From assembly GCF_009914755.1 (NCBI RefSeq), contig NC_060938.1: a DNA stretch of 64,000 nt; one strand, 5' to 3'. Positions 16,143 to 29,915 of the stretch are shown one piece after another. Both the position numbers and the translations under genes were made by a program. Each line of letters starts with the position of its first letter. Within the stretch, counting starts at the first letter, position 1. The notes beneath the pieces are model-generated. The model made no database searches, was not told the DNA's origin, and saw nothing but the letters and a program-made list of their open reading frames with translations. The stretch is from the human T2T-CHM13v2.0 reference genome, Homo sapiens.

Positions 16143-17697
16143 GAATAGACCCACTGAGAACCTAAAGCTACTTGCACCTCATTTCCATCCACTTGGGGAG
16201 TGTCTGACTGGCCTGAAATTTATTTAAGGAAGTATTTGAACCCCTGGCTCTCTGCTCTCTGCCCTCTCCCATACCCCCTCCCCGCTACATATCCCCACTA
16301 GGGAGTCTGTGCAAACTGCCAATGAAAGATACCCCTTTTTACCACAGAATATTGTCACATATCCTGGAATTTTATAGATAATAGGTACTTGTAGTTTTTC
16401 CCCAGTGGTTTCTAGAAAGGAGAGTTTTTCTTAATGAAACTTTAATGTTCCTGCCCTTCCCATTACCGGATGATTGGTAAGACTAATGATGGAGTAAGAG
16501 AGAATCAGAAAATTAAATGGTCATAAATTAAATCATACTATGCTCTAATTCTATTGAGATTCTTCTTTTCAAAATATAAACAGCTCTGTCTAAGTTCTCC
16601 CCTTGAACCCAAAGGTGCATTTTTCATTCAGCTCAGGGCACACCTTAGGGGAGGATGTAGCTCTCAATCATGAAACTAACACATTTCCACATTTCTTCTG
16701 ATAAAATGAAGTGGGTCTGGCACCACCCTCAGACATTCTACAGAATTTACCTTGGAAGAAAATAAATATGTTTGACTTAATGCTGTCTGTGGTGAATGAC
16801 CACAGGGACAGGTCTAAATGGTTTATTAAATAAGAAAGATTGAACATTTGAAAAATTGTTCTCTTTTAAAATATTTCTAACCCACACATGTAATTTATAT
16901 CATGGCAAAATTCAACACAAAAGGTCTATTGTTTTCTGCAAAATAACCTGCAAACATCCTTAATTAGGATGCAAACTGAAAGCACCATTTAATACTGTTG
17001 ACAGCCATTAGCTTTAGACAGCTGTTTCCACTATTATTTTATTTATGGAAACATATGAAAAGAAGTAAATATGGAACTAGAAGACAAAATTATTCATGAC
17101 ATGTAGTATTTTAATGATTTTTATTTGCATGTCAACATCACAAATAATACACTCTAAACATCCCCAACTTGGAATGGTAATGAAAGAAACTGTTTTTGCA
17201 ATGAGAGTTTATTCCCATGGATATTCGAAAAAGATGTCAGCATTTAAGTTAATCAGTATCTGTTTCTAGTGTGCTTTACTTTGAGAAGTGATGGCCTGTT
17301 TCTGGGGAGAAAGTATAATTCTTTATCCTGACACTCCATTCCATTTACTACAAGATGTAAATGAATGCCTCCATTAAGTGAATTCCATGGTCAGTCAATA
17401 TCCAAAGCAGTCTTTCCTCTATTGTAGTCACTTATTCACCCTTCAATAGGAACAGCTAGCTCCTAAAAATAAATCTGAAAGAACATAACATAGGGCATCA
17501 TTTTCAAACTGGTAATGACCCATTCTTCCAGGGCCGTGTCTCATAATTCGGTGTTTCTATGGATTACAGACCGAGGATACGAAAGGGAGGATCAGGTTAT
17601 GGGTCTGAACATGGCAGAAAGAGAATCCAGAGAATCCGGTTACGTTATCTGGACATTTCAGACACTTCATTTATTTAAATTTTAGTAACCACTTTTA

Positions 17698-18147
<450 letters not shown>

Positions 18148-18394
18148 TCAGGTGAATTACTTCAGTAACTCATCTCTGGGCCGTAACTTCCTGTTAGGTT
18201 TCCTTATCTGAAAATGGCAGTTATTGTGACAAGGATCAGGCAAAATCATGGAGTCTATAAAAATGATTTTAATAGCATAAAGTGCCACAGAAAGTCGGGA
18301 TATTTTTCTGTGATAACTTAAAAAATATATGTACCATAGATCACTAATCTGAAGTTAAAACGTCAAGAACTTCAAGGTTGGATAGCTGACCTGA

Positions 18395-18699
<305 letters not shown>

Positions 18700-18934
18700 G
18701 GCTTACTGTTTTAAGTTCCTATTTTACGTCCGCAAACATAGCCTTAGAATTAAGTAAATGTGAAAATGTAAACTAGGTGATCTATTTTATGAGGTTCTGC
18801 TACATTTTTCAGTGATTTACTTCCTATTATAAAGTTAATGCATACAAAATGTAAAAGCTCTCCACAGCTTAGAATGGTATTAATATAAAGAATAAATACT
18901 TTCCCTCCACCGCTGCTCACTTTCTCCCACTTAA

Positions 18935-18982
18935 TCTCTCTCTGTCTCTGCCTCTGTCTCTGTCTCTCTCTCACACACACAC
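18935..18982. repeat. Compound (TCTCTG)n/(TC)n/(CA)n microsatellite
   Basis: Seen directly. Confidence 0.85.
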
Positions 18983-19789
18983 AATTCCCCATTTCCACTC
19001 CCCAGAGAAAAACATTATGAACAGTTTCTTGTAAAACCAAGTACTTTGAAGATGAAAAACACTGTAAGACATTTATAGATTTTTTTTAAATTAAAGAAAA
19101 ATCTAGAATTATCCCATGCCAGTCAGAGTGCGTGAAATCTCAGATTTCCTTGGAACAACAGAATGACCAATTGCTGGGTAAGGGAATTGAAACAATAACC
19201 CTGTAAACAAATTGTCCAAAGTGAATGGCCAGAGACAGCCTACAGCAAAGACGAAATAAGGCCTTCAAGGAACACCACCTCCTCATCAGGGTTTATAACA
19301 ACTTGATGACGTTCTTCAACATGTTTTAATGATTATCATACCTTCCCCTTCACAAAGGATTGATTTATTATGTTTTAAATTTAAAGAATACTGGTTTCCC
19401 AGTTTTGAATCAGGCTTAGATTACAGAACACATAAAATCAATGACTTTGTTCTAGGCCAAGAAAAAAACAAAACAAAACACCCACCAGTGTTCATTTAAG
19501 TACACAAGGAATAGTTCGGGGGAAAAAATTCCTCCTGCAATTCTGCATACTAACGAGCTCCACTACTCCTTCCCTCATCACATCATCGGGACCATCTCAC
19601 TTCACACTTTTATGCCACCTTAACATTCACAAATTACTTTGCATATTATTTGTTTTAATCTTCAAAACAATCTTATCAGATAGGAAAACATTGTTTTTCA
19701 ATTTACAGATTCCAAAAACTGAAGCTCTGAGCAGTGAAGTGATGGGCTCAAGGTCATTCCACCAGTAAGGGACAAGACTTCACTTCTCA

Positions 19790-20770
19790 TTGAGGTAGAC
19801 CGATGACTTCTAAACATCTATCTCCAGCTCAGCTTTTTCCTCACAAGCCACAGGACCCACATCCAACCCACGGACTTAACGTCGGCACTTTGCAGTCCCA
19901 AATGCAGTTAGACTCAGAGTTTCCAGGCAGAGCCCGTAATATTCCTCCATAAGCCCATTCCTCTTTCAGTTGTTTTCTTTCCCAGTGAATGGTGCCACAA
20001 TTGTTTCAGTTGCTCAAGCCAAAAACCTAGGCATCCTTCTGAACCCCCTACTTTTCTCAACACGCACATACGGTCCATCACCACATCCTGCAGATTCTGC
20101 CTTTGGAATACTTCTCAAATCAGCCCACTTCTCCCTGTCTCCCCCATGGACGCTATAGTCCAAGACCCCACCACTTTGTATTGCAGTCATTTCCATGCAC
20201 ACATTCTGCCTCTCCCTCCCATCCCCACCCCATCCAGAGTCACCACTGCAACCAGAGTCATCAGGCTGTTCCTCTGCTTAAAATCATTTGTCAGCTTCCA
20301 AATGATGAAGATAAGAATCTCAGATGAAGATAAGAATCCTTAGTGTGGCCTACAAGGGCCAGTATGATCTGATCCCCTTGTGTCTCTCTAGCAACATTCT
20401 TGCCTTCACCTTTTTGCTTCCATCACTTGGGCTGTTTTTCATTTTATCCAAGGTACCCAGCTCTCTCTCTCCTAGAGCCTTTGCGCTAGATGCTCCAGTG
20501 TCTGGAATGTTTTTGCCCATTTGCTGTCCCTTGCTAATTTCTAACTCATTCTTCAGCTCAAATGTCACTTCCTCAGGGAAGCCTTCCCTGACCATCAGGT
20601 TTATACTGGGGGAATTTCTCCTTTACGCTCCTAAATGTGAGTTTGTTTGTTTACTTGTTTTTGTCTGTTACCTCCATTGCCTTGTAAGTGCTGGGACAGC
20701 TTCTCATTATTGCATCTCCTGGTGCTTGGCACATGTTAGACACTCAATAAATATGGGTTCAATGATGACT
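19790..20770 (+). mobile_element. L2 LINE, ~1 kb 3' part (preceded by a MIR at ~19590-19780)
   Basis: gctcaagccaaaaacctaggcatc…tcagctcaaatgtcacttcctcagggaagccttccctgacc…ggcacatgttagacactcaataaatat. Confidence 0.85.
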
Positions 20771-20875
20771 GAAAGCCAGGAGTCATACTCAGACCTGTTG
20801 ACCCCACATTTTACGCACAGCATTCCTCCCAGCCCCCAACCTAAGGAGCCCCAGTGCCTAGATCATTAAATCGGG

Positions 20876-21739
20876 GTCCTGATTAATAAATGAATCACTT
20901 ATTTACTAGTACAATCTAGTATATATTTACTAGTATAATCTGGGCATGGGAAGTGCTATCTAATAGAGAATTCATTTGGCAAAGGAATCAGTGCTTTTAG
21001 CTTGGAGGCTAAAGCTTGGAAATGAAATTCTGAGCCACATGGCACATGTTAGCACTGTCAAAGGAAGTTTGTGATTTACAATTGTTAATAGTCAAATATA
21101 TAGAAAGCAATGCATTAGCATTCTTCAGTGGTGCAACACTACTGTACAGAGAAGATTACAGTGGAATTTATTCAACTTTCACTTTTTAAAATAATGAAAG
21201 CCAGGCATGGTTGCTCATGCCCATAATCCCAGCACTTTGGAAGGCTGAGGTGGGAGGATCACTGAAGCACAGGAGTTCAAGACTAGCCTGGGCAACAAAG
21301 GGAGATCCCAATTTCTACAGAAAAATAAAAAAATTAGCTGAGTGTGGTGGCGCATGTCTGTAGTCCCAGCTACTCAGCAGTCTGAGGTGGGAGGATCATT
21401 TGAGCCCAAAAGGTGGAGGCTCCAGTGAAACACTGTTTCAAAAAAACTAACCAAATAAATGAAAATAAAATAAAATAATGACAAATCATATTTCACTAAA
21501 CTCCCTACTGTAGGATACTTTGGATGGGAGTGAGGAAATGAGGTAATCTAGTCACAGGTTCTCAGCTTGGTAAAACTTATAACAACATAAAAAATTAATT
21601 ATAAAACTATGATGAACAAAATGTATCTTTTATTTAAAGATTTAGAGATAGTTTTCAGAGTCCTGATTAATAAATGAATCACTTATTTACTAGTATAATC
21701 TAGATGTGGGAAGTGCTATCTAATAGATAATTTGTTTGG
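20876..21739 (+). repeat. Dispersed ~80-bp direct repeat (copies at 20876-20979 and 21660-21739)
   Basis: Both copies begin gtcctgattaataaatgaatcacttatttactagta. Copy 1 carries an extra internal ~24-bp duplication. Confidence 0.9.
21198..21470 (+). mobile_element. AluJ with an internal 3' deletion
   Basis: The right arm jumps from ctccagtga to aacactgtttc. TSD taaaataatga at 21187-21197 and 21471-21481. Confidence 0.9.
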
Positions 21740-21754
21740 AAGAGTGCTGGTTGA

Positions 21755-22236
<482 letters not shown>

Positions 22237-22339
22237 TCAGGTTTTTTTTTTAAACAATTGAGAACATTTAATAACTTAAGTGTATTGATTAATTGTAGAA
22301 TAAAGTTTGTGCTTGTGGATTTTCTTTTTTAGCATATGA

Positions 22340-22564
<225 letters not shown>

Positions 22565-22571
22565 TGAAAAA

Positions 22572-22752
22572 CAGAGCTGGTTTCATGGGTGTGTGACAGT
22601 GCTGTTGTGTGGGGCCTGCATTTAGAAGAGACGAGCCCCATGATTGATTTAATGTTCTACTGTCACTGTCTTCAAATTCTTAATAATTTCTGAACAAAGG
22701 GCTCTGCATTTGCATTCTTTTCTGGGCCTTACAAATTATTTAGCAGGTTCCT
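22572..22752. mobile_element. MER91A-like hAT-Tip100 DNA transposon
   Basis: ttaatgttctactgtcactgtcttcaaattcttaataatt…ctgggccttacaaattatttagc matches the recalled MER91A consensus. Confidence 0.75.
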
Positions 22753-23457
22753 CTAAAAAAAATCTCAGTGTATTGAGAGCTCCTTCGTGTCATCCAGAAC
22801 CACAGTGTTTATTGCACTCATTTTCTATATCTTGACAAGAGAAGAGCTCTGAGGGTCCCTGGAGTCAGAATTGTCAGTCACTAGGGGGGTCTATATACAC
22901 TGTGGCCAATCAAGGATTTCAGACCAAAAAAACATAAGCTTCTACTCAATAAATGAGATTTCCAAATACAGGGAAACCTGGTTAACAACTTTGGTTAGTG
23001 AAGTGAAGCAATGCCAACAGGTGGTTAATGTGGAACACATGGTGTAGATTCAGCTGTCATTTGAGAAAAGTCCTGGCCTTTACTAGAATATAGGGGATAG
23101 CTGGGCAAAAACAGGTACAACTAACTTTACTGAAGAGTCTGGTTAGCCATACTAGAAATAGTTTTATGACTAAAAAAAAAAGCCCTTCAATACTTTTCTA
23201 CTAAGAAAAATGAAGAACTGGACCTCTAAGGGAAACTGCCTGCTCGTGAAAAATGTTACCCCAACTGGTACATCCAGGACTGCAGTTTTAACTGCAAGCA
23301 AGCAATTTGATGGTAGGGAAAAATTCTGTGATACTATGGCTTAAAAGCACATCCTGTGCTACTTTTATATTGTAGACGTTGAAAAAGGCTGCTTGCATCT
23401 GTAAGTTACCATTAAAAAACGTTATTATTATGATTATTTAGAAATAAGGTCTTACTT

Positions 23458-24084
<627 letters not shown>

Positions 24085-24414
24085 TATAAACTATCATTTC
24101 AAAATAATAATATTGAAGATGATGATAATAATTATCATCATTGTTATTTTGCCTCAAAAGCAAATGATTCTAGAAGAATTGATTAACTACCCTAATTAAC
24201 CTAGATTAAAAATTAATATCCAGGTGAAATTTAAATTTTAGGCCAACAATTTTTCCTTGTGAGTTCAAAAGTTTTTTAAAATACAAAGCTTTCAACTTTC
24301 TTGAGAAAGTTATGCTCCTGAGATAAAAATTAAGTAATAACATAGTTTCTAGAAATTCCTTTTAGTAATAAAGGGAAAGCACTCAGGTGTAAAAATAGCT
24401 TCTTCAAGAAGATA

Positions 24415-24630
24415 AATTTTGGTGTCAGACTTGGGTTCAGTCCTCAACTTTACTGTCTACTATGTGAGCTGGGCAATTTCCTTGATCTTTCTAAGACTCC
24501 ACTTCTGGATTTGAAGCAGGGATAACAGCACTCAATGCAGATGTAAGGATCAAATTAGATAATAGATGTAGGTGTCCAGCACAGTGACCAGGACAGGATA
24601 AACATTCTACAAACGGAGCTATCATCACTG
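24415..24630 (+). mobile_element. MIR just downstream of the exon 24673 donor
   Basis: gtcagacttgggttcagtcct…aaggatcaaattagataat…cagcacagtg. Confidence 0.7.
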
Positions 24631-24672
24631 ATAGGATTTTTCCTCCAGGATTTTAATTTATTAAATAGTTAC

Positions 24673-24837
24673 CTTATTGACAGGAATCATGTTTTTGACA
24701 TTGTAGTAGAAGCCAAAATAAACCATGTTGAAAACTCCATGTCGTCCCAAAGTTGCAGTTAATCCTTTGTTGAGGCCCTGGAGTCCCCAGCCTTCCTTCT
24801 TAATGATTTGTCTTGCATAACCCACAGTGGATGGTTG
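24673..24837 (-). CDS. SLC25A21: SLC25A21 coding exon (probably exon 7), 165 nt: QPSTVGYARQIIKKEGWGLQGLNKGLTATLGRHGVFNMVYFGFYYNVKNMIPVNK
   Basis: Acceptor ctctcttctgcag|CAACCA and donor AATAAG|gtaact. In frame. Confidence 0.97.
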
Positions 24838-26884
24838 CTGCAGAAGAGAGAAGCAAGGCCAGAATGATCATCTTTGGGACTGTGGAATACAGTAAATTAC
24901 CGTATTAACTTCCCTTCAAGCCAGAATTATTAGGGACTTTTTTCCCCCAGATATGAATAATCATGCCTAGAACTGTGTTTTTTAAAATCAGCAAACCCAA
25001 GAAGCAAACAAAATTGCATGCATAAAAACAGGCTTTATAGAAAAGATTGTTGGCAAAGAACAAACGATTTTGATAGGATTAGTGAAACTGATGTTGTATA
25101 ATAACTATCATCACTTTCAACATGTAAGTAATTACATCCAATTCTGGATTATTCACACTAATGAAGGAGATTAACCATATAGATATTTGGTAATCCATAA
25201 CTATACATTATCCAAAAGGAATTTATATTTGGCTCCTGAATCTAGTGTATTTACCTTTCTAATTATGTTTTTCTAAAGCTAATGTTACAGTTTTGATTCA
25301 ATTGCCTCAATGGTTGAACCTGGCACTATGTTATAAATTGGCCATAAATAAATAGCTGTTGATTGTACACGTCCTCAAGCAGATATGCAATCAGTGTGCG
25401 TATCACTGCTGTGATAAATTCTACATAAATGGTGTTGGGAGTACTTGGTTACCACCTTGAAATTACTCCTTTCCAGTCCCCTGATTGATTACCCAAGGCT
25501 GAAATGTCCTGACTGCTAGAATCCAGTCTGGCTGAAGAGCTCACTGCTGTTACCCTGAGATTTACAATTCATTACAATACAATTACAATTCACATGGGTT
25601 TAAAAAAAAATGTATGAGTGGTTGTTTCTTTTTTGAAGGCACTGTACAAAAGATATCTCTCTCATATTTTCACTGAATAGTTAACAGGGGAAACTGTTCA
25701 GTGCTTTTTTTTTTTTTCCACCCATGAGGCACACACTGACATGACATTTGTTTGATATTTCACTAAAGCAGGTTGTTAGCGTGGTTGTGGCAGTCTGGCA
25801 CACTTTCAGACTAAAAGTATTTTCTTATCATGTGCAATTAAGGCTACATCAGCAGAATAGAATAGAACAAATCCCATCAAGGCTTTTCTTCCCATCTGCA
25901 TTTATAATAGCTACGTAATTAATGTGAAACATTTAAATGAGCTTGTTTATATAGTAAATCCTATAGTCTTTGCTGATAAATGTTTTGAAGACTCTAGCTA
26001 CAATTCTACACTCAACTTCATCCATTAATTTAAGGGAACTAATTACAATCAATTACAATAAGCTTAAGAAAACCCTCCTTTGTAATATGAAAAAACCATG
26101 GTAGAATACATCTTAAAACAATAAGACATATCATACAGGAAAACCAAAAAATTTTCTGAAGGTTAAAGTTTACTTTCTGTTTGACAACATGAGATTTTTT
26201 TGTGTTTCAGCACATTGACTTTCACCCCCAAATCATTATTTTTTGGTTTTCAAAAGAGATAGGACAAGTTGAGCAGAAACTCATTTTTGTTGGAAAGACC
26301 CTGGAAGTGCTGAGTAAACTGCCCAAGTACTGCTATCTTGCTTCAAGGAAGGCAGTCTAGAGGTGGGGGAAGGAGAGGGCAGCTTTCCTGGGGGTGGGAG
26401 GAACAGGACAGAGGTGAGGCTGCCTGACTAACACAGGTTCTCCCTGCACCCAACCTAAACCTTTTCTCCATCCTCACTCCTCTGAGGTCTTGAGGGCATG
26501 AGGGCGGAGGAGCTCCGAGGCCATCTAAGTTTTAGAGCAGCAGAGAAACCAACGGCTCTAAAATAAAGTGCAAATGACAATGGCTTTCCCTAAAAACATG
26601 GGTATAAAGATGTTTCTATTGTTTAAAAATCTTAGTTTGCTAAGTCATTAGAATTAGGATGACTAAACTAAGGATTAATTTGGATAGCATCTTTCTCATC
26701 ATCTTGAAAAGAGATTTCTCCTAGATCTCGGTGAGAGCTGACAAATATTCAAGTGGCATTTGCTAATTGTCTGTTTCCTGATTTTCACTGGCTTGGGTGC
26801 TGTGTGTGTATAAGCAAATGTAATGCATCATTTTAAACTCAAGTGCTTTGTTGAGTTCGGACTCTAGTTGTCAGTAATTAATTG

Positions 26885-27520
26885 GAGAGTAGCATAGTAA
26901 TTGGAAATAGGAGCTCAGAGCTAGACAGTTCCAAGTTTGAGTCTCAGCAATACCACTTGCTACTTTGGCAAGTATTTTATCCTCTCTGATTGATTCTCAC
27001 TTTATTAATTTCTAAATTTCTAAATAAGGATAATGATAGAATCTTCCGGAGGTCAGTGGCTTCTGCAGTGGCTCAAACCTGTAATCTCAGCATTTTGGGA
27101 GGCGGAGGCAGGAGGAGTGCTTGAGCCCAGGAGTTCAAGACCAGCCTGAACAACATAGTAAGACCCAGTCTCTACAAAAAATTAAAAAATTAGCCAGGTG
27201 CTGTGGCAAGCCTGTGATCCCAGTTACTCAGGAGGCTGACTAAGGAGGCTGACGCAGGAGGATCACTTGAGGCCTGGAAGGTGAGGCTGCAGTGAACTGT
27301 TATCCTGTCACTGCATAGTGACAGGCTCCAGCCTGGATGACAGAGTGAAAGCAAGACCCTATCTCAAAACAAAAAAAGAAAAAAAAATCTTCCTCACAGG
27401 ATTGTTGAGATTGTTGAAAGAAGTCAATGAACTTAGTCCACTGTAAACAACTTAGTCCATTCTAAGCATTCACTATACATTTAGGTGTTAACGATAATGG
27501 CAATTATGCTGACAATCATA
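26885..27520 (+). mobile_element. MIR interrupted by an AluJ
   Basis: MIR 5' half at 26885-27047; resumes at tcctcacaggattgttgag (~27390). Confidence 0.7.
27048..27385 (+). mobile_element. AluJ with small internal duplications and insertions
   Basis: TSD aatcttcc at 27040-27047 and 27386-27393; ggaggctgac is duplicated. Confidence 0.9.
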
Positions 27521-29166
27521 AAAATAGTTATAACAATAAAATGACAGGTGATTTCTTTGTTAGTTGAAGGCAGTGGCAACCAAAAGCTGGAATCTGATTT
27601 GAGGGAGAGAAAGCTTCTTTTTTTCTTCATTCCTTCTGGCTGTCCTTTCCTTTTCCCAGAGTCCCAGACCTTTGTGATAAAGTCCACCAGAAATGCATGC
27701 AGAATGCAAGATAACAGGTCTGCTTCCTCTGAGACCCAACCAAATTCAATGCTTGGGGTAGAGGTCTTGTTCCAGGTACAGTGCCTCACCCAGGAGCTTT
27801 CCTCTCTGGAGCAGTAAATCCTATAAATTGGCCTCTTCCTTATCCCTCAAGGTGAGTACCCTGGCTAAGATCTCTGCATATGGCAAGTCTGTGGGCTGTA
27901 GAAGTAAGGCCATACGGGAAGAAAGGCTGGCAATGGAAAAGCACATGAATTGGGCTTCCCCCTCTATATGGCTTTCCAGCCTAGAAAACACATTTGTATA
28001 CGTGATCAGGTAGCTGGAACACAGGAAGTGCTCAACACCTTTAGCCATTATCATACGTGCTCAGTACTTTTTGGTGTCATTTAATCCTCTCAGTAATTGT
28101 GTGAGATATGTCTTATCATGATCCCTATTTGGCAGATAAGGAAACTAAGAGTTAGAAGTTAAGTTACTCACCCAAGATTACAGAGTAAGTGGTAACAACA
28201 GAGTTCCAACTGAGGTTCCTTGGACTCCAAATCTGTACTTTTACACTCTTGGTGGTTCTGCCATCCTAACATATCTGATTGCTTCTCTCAGCAACCTTGT
28301 AATGTGGGCAGCTGGTATATCTCATTTTTCAGGTGAGGAAACCAAAGATTGTTAGGCAACATGCCTAAGATAAAATGCTGCTGATAAATGGCTTAAGCAG
28401 AATTCTGCATCTAATCCAATGTTGTTCTTTACACACTCATTCTTATTGTACATAGGTAATAAGAGTTTCAGAGTTTGACAATCCAACTGATATAAGTAAC
28501 AGATGCATAATAGTACAAATATATTTTTCTGGCAAATGGAGGCCTTGGGATAAAGAAAACCAGAACTCAATTGCCTATAAAAATAAGAAGTAATAGTATG
28601 ATAGTGTGTTTTCTTTCTTCATTCAGGGACATTGTTTCACACATATGTAAGCAAATATTTAATTAGAAAGGCAAAACATGACTTCCACTAGGATGCTTAA
28701 ATAGGAAAATATAGAATAATTTTGACTAGATATCTGTAAACACATGGAATTTTACTAAACTTATTTGATTATGGGGCTTCCATTTAAAAGCAAAATGGTA
28801 ACTGATTAGCATCATCAGCCAAATGATTCCAATACTATCTAATCCAGCAGGTCACCCACTAGCTCAGTTTCCTTGTATTATTTAGATTCACTCCAATTTT
28901 CATATTTAGTTACCAATTGTGGGCCAAATTGCACTCTAACTTTCCTGGTTGTACCTTCATTGACTGCACCCAATCTGAAAAGCATGGAAGAATAAGTGGA
29001 TTGGGATGAGACTTAACAAATATTTTTTGCTTTAATTTTTACATGAAGGGATATGCTGATAATTTTTATATTTACCTATGAGAGTATTCTATAATGGTTA
29101 TGGGAAATGGAATCAAATATCTGCTTAAAAAGTTATTAAGAGGTTTAATTAAAAAAGCAGATCCTT

Positions 29167-29915
<749 letters not shown>

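Noticed and set aside
20324-20869. 181-aa ORF (and the 162-aa ORF at 1085-1573)
   Set aside because: Both lie in decayed L2 sequence, with no recognisable domain or splice context.
24835-24845. NAGNAG alternative acceptor at the 165-nt exon
   Set aside because: The sequence is ttctgcag|CAA, with only one AG.
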